64,000 nucleotides of DNA, from the NCBI RefSeq assembly GCF_003704095.1, contig NW_020843511.1, positions 62,001 through 126,000 on the forward strand, given 5' to 3'. The notes beneath the pieces were generated by a model. The model saw only the letters and a list, made by a program, of their open reading frames with translations. It had not been told where the DNA came from and did no database searches. Below are positions 51,776 through 63,650 of the stretch, piece by piece. Within the stretch, counting starts at the first letter, position 1; each line of letters begins with the position of its first letter. The translations under genes were made by a program, and so were the position numbers. This DNA comes from Pocillopora damicornis. Taxonomy: Eukaryota.

Positions 51776-53068
51776 TGGGGCGATGATTTTTACGGTTAAC
51801 AGCTAAAATTTTGGCCATTTTATGGCTAACAGTTAGTTTATTTACACGGAAGTTAACAGGAAAAAAAAATATGGTTAACTTTTTTTACTAGTAACGGTTA
51901 CAATTTGTCAATTTTTTACGCCTTACCACTATTTTTTTTGCTGTTTCACGGCTAACGGTTTCACTCTTTGAAAACTTTAGTTAAGGGCAGGTTTTCAAAA
52001 TCGTCTTTGCTCCCCTCCAGCATCAAACGGTTATGTTGAACCTGCGAAAAACTTGAACAATCCTTGTCTGCTTTAAAGCTCATGGGCGCTTAACTTTTGG
52101 GATGTGCAGTGCACTTTAATAGACATTCCCAAAGAAATTATCTAAGCTCTTCCTTCAAGAAAAAAAGGATACAAAAACCAGCCCTATGCGTGCCGGTATG
52201 TAGACGCGGTTTTTCTGAAGTGGTGCATGCGGTCGAATTCAAGCTATATTTTTTAAGGATAAATTTTCTTGGCTTGAACTTTCGTTATTTTTAAGCTGGC
52301 ACAGTTCTCTTACAAATGAAATAATCGCCTGCCTTTTTCTGCGAAAATATACAAGGAGGGAAACTCTGAGCTTCGAGAGACAGCTTATGTGTTGACCATC
52401 CCTCAAATATTTCTAATCAAGGTTAATCGTTTAATTGGAAACATTCTCTCAAAATATCCACTCGTTAAAATAATTATGTTTTCCAAAATGTTTTTTCTTT
52501 TTCCTGATTCAATTTAACAAATGCACTCGGTATGATACGGACCGAGCAAAAACCACCGAAAATTGATTCTAGCCGGGATATCCTCCATTGTGGGATCCGT
52601 CACGTTGCGATTTTGGACCAGTGACGCTCGCAAAAATATATTTTGACTGATGACCAAGAACTGTATCACTTACCTTGGTAGATTAAAGTCTCTTAATGAC
52701 ATTAAATTCATCCTCTGGTTGATTGTTTCAGTTAGCTTTGAAATATTAACTCTATGTTCCGAAAAGACGGACTGGATTCAAGTCAAATTTGATTGACATT
52801 TTTGACAATGGGAAGTCAATATACTTTTGTTTTCGTAACGCAGCAAGTTACAAACGTAACTTCAATTCTTCTTGATGCCTTTCTCCATGCCACCAATGTT
52901 ATTACAGCGGTAAATTCAATACTGTTACAGTCTTCGCTTTTATAAAAATTGCTTGATCTTTTATTTAGCGATGTACATCGGTACAATCTCGGGCTCTATA
53001 ACACGATTATTTACTGCAACTACAAATGATTTGTCTCCTCCTCAGCGATTAAGGCTAGTTCACCGCTG

Positions 53069-55350
53069 ACCACTCATATTTCAGACTATTTTTCTTCCCC
53101 AGCTTGTCGCCCGTGATGTAGTAACTCCGAGGCAAAACAGGAGAGCGAAGGTAAGTTCATGTTAATAACGCAGTTTTTGCGTTCTCTCACGTTATTATTT
53201 TTTTTTGCCAACACACTTCTCATCCGCTGCGTTTCGCACATTTAGTGTTTATGATGTGACAACCAACCGTTCATCGTCGTATCGAAAGGTCAAACAACGC
53301 TGTTCTAGATGAAGCTAAAAACAAAAACGATATTTGCATTTGAAAGGCTTTCATTACCCGCAAAAGGTGTGAATTTTCATCAGATTTTATCAATACTTTA
53401 ACAACATCGAATATTAAATTTCGGATTTTTGTTGACTGAACTTTGCTAAAAGAGGAGCACGTATAGACAGGTTCGTGGAACTCTTATGTCGATTTTCCTA
53501 CAAGAATTTTGCGTGCCATGATGTTAAACTTGGCCTGACATTCGACCCAAAATTGTTAATTGCCAGCTGAAAAAGAAAGAAGACCAAAACATAAGGACTT
53601 TGTTTCAAATGACAAGGACTAAAGCTGCCCTAGGCTTGAAGTCTTCAGCCATATAAATTATTTTTCGTTTAAGACACTATGTGCACATTGACGACAGGTT
53701 AGTAGAAAAGTTCTTTAACGTTAACTCCTTGTTCAAGGTGACACAGGATTATTCAAATTGACTCGTAGATCGCAAATATTGGGTGTCAATTGCAAGTCAT
53801 TGATGAGCTGTCTTGTGTTATTGAGATTTTTTAGAGTTTCTTTCCCTCATCAAAAAATAAAGAGGAGCGCATTTCTTATTAATTTTCGAGGTAGAAAAGA
53901 TTAAAGACAAGTATGGTCCTGCTTGGCTTGGGTTCATGCGAAACCCAAGGCTGTGTGAATGCCTTTTGAGCCAAAGAAACGTAAGCACATGTCACGATTA
54001 TTTGACGAGCCACCGTAAGCCTTTTTGCGAGGTTCTATGAAAAAAATTTAGTTTGAGCGAAGGCTTCCTCGAAGGGAAGCTTCAGATTGATTATGTGATT
54101 CCTGGAAAAATCATTATTACCTTGAAGGCATATCCATTGGGGTATGAAAGTGTTGCGGAACGAATTCTGGAAGACCTTTCGAGAAATTCAAATTATCATA
54201 AATTGGTGGTATTTGTTTTGCATTCATGCATAACGAAAAATGTCCCTGCTCTCAACCACGTGCACCCTTTGGGCTCAATTTCCCGGCTTTTCACGCCAGT
54301 TGAAGCTTCATGTTTCTTCGGCATTTACGTACTCCGGCTAATGACTACTTTCACAACCATTCTTCGGTATGGCAAACAACCTGTGATATACAAAGTCGAC
54401 GGGAAAAGATCAACTTGTGAATAAAACAATAGATAGATGAATAAAGAAACCTATCATCGCCGGATACCTTCCGAGGAAAGTTTCAAGTGCATCCCACCGA
54501 AAACCCAGACATTGTCTTCGTGTGATGACATTTACCCTAATAAGATCAGCCGAAAGTATTGCCTGATCCGTAATTCAAGCACGCAAGAATCTTGACAGTC
54601 AACATCCTTCAAATTTTGGCAGATTTCCTTCGCCAAACATGACAGCTATCAATATAACAGTGTTTCTGATAGGGTATATTTGACTGATATTAGGATGAGC
54701 TGCGAAAGGACGAGCAATGTTATCTGAAGAAAAGTTTAGATAGAAACTCAAGAACTCAGACCTCTAGTGCAGATTATACTCCTGGTTTTTTTATTTTCTC
54801 TGTACTGTTCTTTATACTTCTCCTGAGGTGCTGACAAGTAGAATTTTCTCAACAATCAAGAGCTTCTTTAGCTGGTGAATCTTTTCTTTATTCTTGTGAC
54901 TTTAATGTTTGATTCAGTGGTAATATTGTAAGAAGAAATTAGATACTATAGCCACTCGACTTCTACGCCTAACGACGAATTTTTTTCGCCGTTTTACGGC
55001 TATAGGTTTTTCCCTTTGAAAACTTCAGTTTAGAGTGGGTTTTCAAAATCGTCTTTGCTCGCCTCCAGCATCAAACGCTTATGTTGAACCTGCAAAACGC
55101 TTGAACAATCCTCGTCTACTTTCAAGCTCATGGGCGCGTAACTTTTGGGATGTCATTCAGTGCTCTCTAAGAGATGTTCCCAAATAAATTATCTAAGCTC
55201 ATCCTTCAAGAAAAAGAAAAAAAAAAAGACTAGTCCCCTGCGTTTAGACGCGGTTTTTCTGAAGTAGTGCATGTGGTCGAATTTAAGCTATATTTTAAGT
55301 TTAAATTTCAGGCTTCAATTCCTATTTTGCTTGGCTTGAATTGTCGTAAC
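53069..55350. repeat. Second copy of duplication block W, with ~830-bp insertion at 53499-54326
   Basis: Colinear with 45630-47080. Homology breaks after tgtcgattttcc and resumes at cggctaatg. Confidence 0.88.
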
Positions 55351-55403
55351 TCTTAAGATCATTCCTGTTTTCCAAGAATGAAACAGCTAAAGAATTGGGT
55401 CAA

Positions 55404-56013
55404 TCTCAACTCGCGTTTCGNNNNNNNNNNCTTTGGGCGGCCAATTCCTAAATAATTTTACCTTTGTTTCTCAATGATTGGAAGAGTGATGGTTTGAAGT
55501 AAGGTCTCGTTGCGAAGCTTGAAGAGCAATGCAATCCCGTACTGAGTTATAAATTAAAATTAAAAAAAAATAAGAAAAAACAAAACAAACTAAACAAAAA
55601 AAAATTGGGGTAGCTCTAATTGCATCCTTCTATAACAGCGATATGTGGAAAGAAATCCGATCAAAATATGAGAGCAAGAATAGAGTTCAAAGTCACGCTT
55701 ATTAATCAACGAAAAGTCCGATATCAGATAATTATTATGCAACGCTACCTTAGGAATACATTAAGACATGTTTATTAGCAGGTATTTGTCGCGAAATATT
55801 TTTGCGAACAAAACTACATGCGACATTTTACTCGGAGCGATTTCAGTAATATAATCTATTTTAGCAAGCAGACTTGATATGTGTTGGCATTTGTCGTTAC
55901 ACTCATTAATATGGCAAAAACTGCTAAAATAAAAAAAATTCTTGAGGTATATTGGTAAGCAAGAGATCTAAAAAATTTCTTGTGGTATTTCAATGCGGGA
56001 TAATGTATAGATT
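55404..56013. repeat. Paralogous copy of 42574-45005 lacking the two transposon insertions
   Basis: Shares tctcaactcgcgtttcg, ctttgggcggccaattcctaaataatttta, gcttgaagagcaatgcaatcc, taggaatacattaagac and gcgggataatgtat. Confidence 0.88.
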
Positions 56014-56691
56014 ACACCAGTTCTTTGATCTATCGATACTTAATGTCACAATTTTCAATCATTTTTATTTATTGACACACACGTTTATTGTAATGTTTGT
56101 AACACAAACCAGTTTCAGTGAGCCCCCCCCCCCTTTTCTGATTGAACTGTAATCATCTTTTGAAAGATTTGTCCTTCGACGAAAGTTATCCTTTTTTCGT
56201 TTTCCGGTTTTTCTTCCTTTTTTAGACTCAGAGCCATTCAAAGGTTTCAACGATGAATCAACGTAGCTCTGAAACCATAAATTAGAACGAAATACAAAAT
56301 ACATCCGGAATTAAATCATTCAACTTGTGTATGTAGCCTGAGACATTTCTGGTGCATTGTGTATTTTCCTCGTTTCTGAAATGGTGATTTATTCAAAGAC
56401 AGACAAAACACTCAGTTCACAACACGGGGAGTGATTATTTTTGTTATCAACAAAAAACATCAAGAGCTCTGTCGGTTTTAGTTTAGCGAAATCTGTTTAC
56501 TAGCGTTCAATAACCGACCCTCGAAATCTCAGCGTAGAACTCTCTATTGTGGCCAATTTACATTTACAAATCAGCAGATAAAATCAAATTATCTTACACT
56601 TTGTATTACCATCAGCTCCAAATGCAGCACTAGAGTTTCTTTGGAAACTTATCCCCTTTATTTTTTTACTTTCAATAAGTTTGAGTCCTCT

Positions 56692-56801
56692 ATCGGGTGG
56701 TCCGGGTTCGAGCCCTGGCTGGGGTCATTGTGTTGTATTCTTAGGCAAGAAACTTTACTCTCACAGTGCTTCTCTTCACCCAGGTGTACAAATGGGTACC
56801 A
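56692..56801 (+). mobile_element. Truncated copy of the tRNA-derived SINE
   Basis: Nearly identical to 59973-60082, including the B box GGTTCGAGCCC. Confidence 0.8.
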
Positions 56802-59339
56802 TTTACGTTATCAACTCAATTGAGAAAACTACATTACCCTGTTCTGCTCTCCCACCGACGCATCACCACAGTTTCTTCAGAGACATTCCCCCTTTCTTCT
56901 CTTGATGCCTTGGTGTGATATGATACCAGCTGGCTCATAGGAGCGCGGGCTCGTTTTCCGAACCCTTGTTTTGCCTGGAGACCTTGGGTCACACGAACAG
57001 CGGGTCACCTATTAGCCACAGAATCCTCGCGTGCCAAAGAAATCCTCACGTGTTCGCACACATGATCAGTCGTGAAAAATATTGGGACAACCGCAAGTTA
57101 ACAGAATCTTGGTTCGCACGATCGACAGAAGCTATGTTTGCACTAGTGTCTGCTCAAATCAATTACCAAAATGATTCAAACTTTCCTTAATGGTTTCAAA
57201 TGTTCTTTTTTTCTGCCTCCAGAACTTTGAAAATAATATTCCGTTGAAAGATAACAAGAAGAAGAAAGGCGTGAATCCGGCTTTCGATTTCAAGCAATAC
57301 TTGAAAAACCTGTTTCAATCTTCCGTTTCTTCCTTTTGTAAACGAGGTATTTTTTTGCGATAATCCATTCACGACTTATTTTCTTTAGCGGCTGGACTGT
57401 TTTCCGTTTCGCATGCTGTACAGTCCATCGAGATCTTCTCTCCCTTAAGCTATGCCGTCAAGTCAGGATGAGGTATGTTTGTATCGAATCTGTCTCACCA
57501 TTTAGAGAATCTCACACATTATCATTTGCCGGCAAACATTTTAGGCACTGTATTCGGCACCTCTGATTATTATGATGCTACTGTTAAAGTGAGAGTTTTG
57601 CCAAATCAAGAACGCTTTCGAAGACATTGAACGCATCAAAGAACAAGGGATTGTCGCATTCTAGTTAAATACACCGCTTATTTTTTCAGTTTCTTCCCAC
57701 AGACGAAACCACCGTTTATATTTGCTATTTATAAAAGGCAAGCGAACGAAGGAAAAAAACAGACATACTCTGCGGTTGCGATCCTTCAATATGTGCAATA
57801 TCGGCTCTTTATTTGAAAATATCGTGAAATGGAAATTGTACATTCGCATGTGTGTTGTACACGCGATTTTCCTTTTCAAAACGGGGGATTCCACTCTTCG
57901 CGTCGAGCTCGAGGTTCGATTTTTCCTTATTTTCTACACCAGAGGGTTCTTGCTTATTCAAATATCTGTCGATCTTCCTTGTCTTTGGAAGCCAAAAGGT
58001 TTCTGCGACCTGTGTGTCCTCTCGGATCGAAATCAATGGCGCTTTGAACAAAGATGTTAAATTCGAAGAAACATAATATCTTTAAGCTTGACACTGGACT
58101 TGCGATGCGCTTAAGATGATTTCCGATATAAAAAGTGAAATGATTGGTTTCGAAAACGTACCACAAGCTTGGAACTGATAGGAAAAGCGAGGTTCTAGAG
58201 ATTATAATTTTGGGTTTTGATATTAGATTGCGACGATCTTGACTCGCTTTGTTCGACTATTGGAGCCAAATAGATCAGTACCAGCTGGTAGACAATTAAA
58301 AACCCGTAAAAACCTCAAAGATCCCAAGCGTATCGTTTCAGTTGTCAGAGACGCTTAGGGCATTTTTTTTTTATCTTTAATCCGACAGAGCTTTATGTCG
58401 TATTTCTAAGGTGTAACGAAACATTTTACCACTGGTAAATGAAGATTCGAAAATTTATTTCAAATTTTCTTGTGTGGATGCAAATAAGGATTGAATAACA
58501 ATTGGCAGGTTTCTCAATGTAAATATTTATAAGTACTCTTTAGTTTTATGGTTCATTCCACGGTTGTTTTGAAAGTGTTCACCGTCAAGAAATTATCAGA
58601 TGGTGGGCCACAAAATTCTCTAAGAAACAATGGCGCTAGGTTGATGGCTGTGGTAACCGGAATATATCATATTCTTTCCTTTTTTTAAATTAATTTATTT
58701 GGAGCGCTTGTGTCCATATCGTGACAACTGACTCACTGTTCACAGCTTGTTACATAACAACAGTAGGAATTATTTTCTTACTTATAATTTTCAATTGGTG
58801 ACCACAGCTGACGTCGGAATGTAAATCACCCCAGGTAATTTAAATGAAAGTCAGCAAGATAAGCCCTTTATTCGAATTTTGTTAATTTCAACGTAGCCAA
58901 CGGCTTTTGTTGCGAGATAAATCGATTCATGCAACACTCCTTCTAAGAGGCAACAAATATTGACAATAATACAGCTGCTTGTCTTTCAACAGACGCCTTT
59001 GCCATGGGGCAATATCTGCAGTAACTACTCTTTTTCGGTGTGATTTGCTTTTATGATTCCGATTCCCACATTGTTTTTGGGATTTTGATCACACACTTCT
59101 CTTAGACAAAGATGTGTTTTCTCGCAAATTGGGTTATTAAAAGCCCCACCATCAAAGAAGGTTGAAAATTATTTGTCAGCACTGTCACTGCTTCCCCTAA
59201 CCTTTTGGCCTTGCTGCGCTTTTTTTTTTTTTTTTTTCCGTTTTCTACCAAGTTAACTATGATTTAAAGGCTCTGTTTGTAGGGCTTCCGACCGGTGATG
59301 CTTAAGAGAACTCTGTTATATTTCGCCCGTAACCAAGTT

Positions 59340-59815
59340 AGTGTACTTATCAGAAGCGAAATCGACTTTGTTCTCAGACACGTGAGAGGAAACGTGAGCC
59401 TTTTAAATCACTCTTGGGTATCACAGAAGGAAATTGAATTAACACGCAAACTGAAATAACATGCAAACTATATGTGGTATTCCTCTAGAAGTATACATTA
59501 CCCATCTTACCTAATGTACCTATCAGGAGCGAAATCGCCTTTGTTCTCAGGCACGTGAGAGGAAACGTGAGCGTTTTCTGTAAGGTGTCACAGAAAGAAA
59601 TTAGTGTTAACTTACAAACTAAAATAACGGGCTACTTGCGCTATCCCTATAAAAGTATACATTACTTATCTTACTCAGTGTACCTATCAGAAGCGCAATC
59701 GCCTTTGTTCTCAGGCACGTGAGAAGAAACGTGAACGTTTTCTGCAAGCCGGTATCACAGAAGGAAATTAGTGTCAACATGCAAACTATTGCCGCTATCC
59801 CTATAAAAGTATGTA
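59340..59815. repeat. Tandem triplication, ~165-175 bp unit, each with CACGTG-N6-AACGTG
   Basis: CACGTG at 59379, 59552, 59716. AACGTG at 59391, 59564, 59728. TATAAAAG at 59648 and 59802. Confidence 0.9.
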
Positions 59816-59949
59816 TTTTCTTAAAGTTTACGAAAGAATGATTTCGGATATTGAATAAACATTTAATAATTTTGAATATTTAACAGAATGGGAACTTATT
59901 TTTTCACACCTTGACGTTAAGATGAGTCTATTTGATGACGCTTTTAAAC

Positions 59950-60237
59950 ATGGTTAGTGCACTCGAATTCGGATCGGGTGGTCCGGGTTCGAGCCCTGGC
60001 TGGGGTCATTGTGTTGTGTTCTTAGGCAAGACACTTTACTCTCACAGTGCTTCTCTTCACCCAGGTGTACAAATGGGTACCAGCAAATGTGCTTGGGGTA
60101 ACCCTGCGATGAACTAGCAACCCATCCGGGGGGGAGTAGCAATACTCCTAGCCGCTTCATCCTAAGAAAACCGGAGTTAAGCACCGGCCCCATGGGCCAC
60201 TTGGGCCCGTATAAAGGCTTTTTTTTTTTTTTTTTTT
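59950..60237 (+). mobile_element. tRNA-derived SINE, near full length
   Basis: A-box-like TGGTTAGTGC, B box GGTTCGAGCCC (59986-59996), a central body and a T-rich tail. A second copy lies at 56692. No complete cloverleaf. Confidence 0.85.
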
Positions 60238-60896
60238 AACAAAACGTTGACTTTTTTCAGCTATAGGAACGTGACCTGAACATATTGGATTAAAATAAAG
60301 CATGTATGGGATTTGTAACTTGACGCTTATTCTTTGATCTGATTATTTTAACTTCAAAGAAACGCTTTTGAGCAAGGTTTTTACTAAAGTCACTTTACCT
60401 CAAAAAGTAAGAAAAGACTCAAAAATCCCTTCCTGATTTCCTGTTAGAGTTCATTATATTTCTGACAATTGACCTAACATCGGTCGACAATAAATTCTTA
60501 AAGGTTCATGATTCAAGCCAAGGGAAAGTGACTTAAATTTTTTTTCGGTGTTTGTTAACAGAATGGTGATTCCACTTAGCGGCTGTGAGCCTGTAATGCA
60601 ATCACATCAATCTCGTACCTTCCCTTCTCTCTGACTGCATTTTGCCTTAAATCTCTTAGGGTAAAAAAAAAAACACCCAAATATAATTTTCAGAAGTTGA
60701 TATATCTTTATTATTATCTATTTGTTTATTTATTTATTTTGTTTGGAAAGATGATTGCTCTCCACGCTCGCGCACATGCGCATTAAACATTAACCGGTAT
60801 ATTTTCTTTGACATGAATTAGTGACGTCGATCACTTTTATGACGTCACAATAGCCTTTTCATTTCGTTACTTTACTCGCAGTTAGTTGTGGTTGAC

Positions 60897-63211
60897 ATGG
60901 ATGAAGGAAGCGAGGCTCCTGGCAATGGCGGCAAGACCGCGAAAACTCTGACATGCGTTATAAAGGTCTCTCCTTATCAAGATAGCTGTTGGTCGTGGCT
61001 GGTGTGTTTTGCCGCAGTCTTGTCAAATGTTATCATTTGCGGATTCACGTATAGTTTTGGTATCTTGTTTCCTGCTCTCTTGGACGAATTTCAGCAGGGG
61101 AAAGCTAAAACAGGTACGCTATGCCTTAAATTAGTTAATGAGCGAAGAGGCGAATCTACGAGCGCGTGAGAAAGCCTGTGTTGTGATTAGTGGGGTGATT
61201 AAACGCTGGAAATTATAACCAGCAAATGTAAGCATCGAAATGATTGTTGAACAAGACCACAAGGGAGGAAGGAAATGATCAAGATGCCGAAACAATAACG
61301 CAACCAGCTGACCGATTTCAGGGTTTGCCTAATGATTCACCAGCTGGATTTCCTTAACGTAACTCAATAAACGGGGGAAGGATGCAAAAGTTACCTGTTT
61401 CGTTATTGACATATCAGGACTAAATTGTTACAGGACGTGGTGTCATCTACCTCTTTCTGGGATCTAACTTGTGATTCACAGACTGAAAAAACTTCTTATT
61501 ACGAAAATTTATCAACAATTCTCAATGTTCTTTCCCTAATTTGCAATTGTGTGTATGAGTCATATCATTAGTTATGATCCAAATCCTTCTCTTCTTTTTT
61601 TCACTCTTCAGCTTGGGTAGGCTCAATTGCCATGATGGGCGTTGGACTTTTCGGACCTTTAGTCGGAAACCTATATCATCGTCTGGGTGCGCGAATTGTG
61701 ACATTTTCCGGGACAATAATTTGTGCGGCTAGTCTCATTGTGACTTCAAAAGTGACGAGTCTCTACGTCATGTATTTTACTTATGGATTTTTGTTTAGTT
61801 TTGGCTCCTGTGGTGTATTTATACTGACCTACATAATGGTACCTAAGTACTTTACAAAGTGGCGCTCGCTTAGTTTGGGTCTTATTGCTATGGGGCCCGG
61901 TGGAGGTTTGTTTATTATGAGCCCAATTGTGCATGAGCTCTTTAAAGCGTTTGGCTGGAGAGGGACATTTTCAGCAATGGCCGGTATTGTAGTTGTAACA
62001 AGTGCTCTGGCTTTTGTTTATAAACCAATAGCCGAGTCTAGCAAAATGGAACTGAATTCACAGCAAAAGGAGAATAACAAATTCTGGGACATTTCAATCC
62101 TCAAACACAAAGAATTTGTTCTTTGTACAACTGCCGCTGTCTTGTTTTACACCGGGCACTATACTCCAACAGTCCATATGGTAAGTTTCAAACCATCGTG
62201 ATCACATGGTCAAATCTTCATTAGCCAAGTGAGGTTGAAGCATATCCCACATATTACTTCAAAATTTAATATTAATTTAAAGGGGAAAAAAATTTTAATC
62301 CCTTCGCCAATGTTAAAGAGCAACGAAGGGATAATGAGTATATATATTTATTTTGTGTGCATCGCTTTAAAATCATTTTGGTGAGTGAGTAGGGTTACAC
62401 ACTCCTCACCTCCTATATTTTTCCTTAAGCAAGTTTTCATTGGCCTGTTTCTTTAGAAAGTCCTGGTTGCTGAGCTGACTCAGAGCCGTATTATAATATC
62501 TTGTTATAATAAGGACCCGGAGAGCTGGTCACGGCTTAATACCCGTCCACTGAGTTTCTTTCTCGGGTGGGAACGTGGCAACAAAAATGCAAGCGCAGCA
62601 CAAAATGTGGGACGGTGAACGTGTAACGATTTTCCTTCTGATAAAAGATCTTCGAGGAAAAAATTGACACAAAGGCCTTGTGTAAGAGGTAAAGACCTCT
62701 TAAACTTTTAATTGGCTATCGGTAAAACCTGCTCAAGAAAACACTGAGCTCGTATCAAATGAAAACGACGCGTTATCATGGACGATTAACCCTGATGGCT
62801 CCTAGATCTGTAAATATATATTTCTCTCTCCATTTGAACAGGTCCGTTACTTGGAGGAGAAGGGATCTACAGAAGTGACAGCTTCACGTTTATACATTTA
62901 CAGCGGAGTAGCTTCCTTACTAATTCGACCTGTGATTGGTCGGTTAAATGACGTTTCATGGATAAACATGTTGTACATCTATTCCATAGCTGCCAGTCTT
63001 GAAGGGGTCTCCACCTTGCTGTTTCCCATGGCAACAACGAATATGCACTTTATAATCTACTTCGTGGTATATGGGTTAGCCGATGGAACACTGGGTTGTG
63101 GTTTTGCCATTGCTGTGTTGAATAGTCTTCCAGAAAGGTTAAAACCTCTCGGATTCGGGCTTTACAACTGCCTTAGCTGTATATCCTCAGCTTGTGGTCC
63201 TGGTCTGGGAG
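60897..63211 (+). CDS. slc16a10-like: SLC16 MCT8/MCT10-like transporter B (3' partial); exons 60897-61113, 61612-62180, 62842-63211; last exon beyond window
   Basis: It has the same intron positions and phases as transporter A (exon 3 is 370 nt in both). Motifs: [42 protein letters not shown]. No exon-4 equivalent was found before 64000. Confidence 0.92.
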
Positions 63212-63420
63212 GTATATCAACTTTCATTTAATTTTAAACACTGCATACCAGAGAGGGAAATGAGGGAGGTTCTTGGTTCAGACCTCAGTGTAATATGTCA
63301 ATTCCATATAAGTTGTTAATAATTTCGGGAACGAGAGTGTGTGTCGTTTTCTGAGGATTCCTCACGAGGCGAGAAACATTTACTGAAAAACTAGTATAAT
63401 TTGGTTTTATCATTTGACTT

Positions 63421-63650
63421 GATAGTGTAAATTGGCTTCCTGTAGAGTATCAAATCTGACGATTCGAGCATTGGTCTCTCACCATACGCTTTGACGAATT
63501 GCTAATGTTCAAACGTCAGCTTAAGAAACTTTTTTTGCGGTGGCCAATTTGCACCGTAAACTCGGTCTGTAAATCTAAACCATCTTGTAATAACCCCTCC
63601 CTGATGCGGCACCATCGAGTTCCTTTAGAAATTTACTCCCTCAATTCATT
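63421..63650. mobile_element. Degenerate copy of the Penelope-derived palindromic repeat in intron 3 of SLC16-B
   Basis: aaattggc...ctgacgattcgagcatt...cgctttgacgaattgctaatgttcaaacgtcagc...cggtggccaatttgc, matching 16249-16453. Confidence 0.6.

Noticed and set aside
54053-54424. 123-aa ORF as possible transposase remnant
   Set aside because: It has a non-ATG start, crosses an insertion boundary into duplicated non-coding DNA and has no recognisable motif.
59950-60000. tRNA gene (A/B boxes)
   Set aside because: There is no full cloverleaf, and the sequence continues into a SINE body duplicated at 56692.
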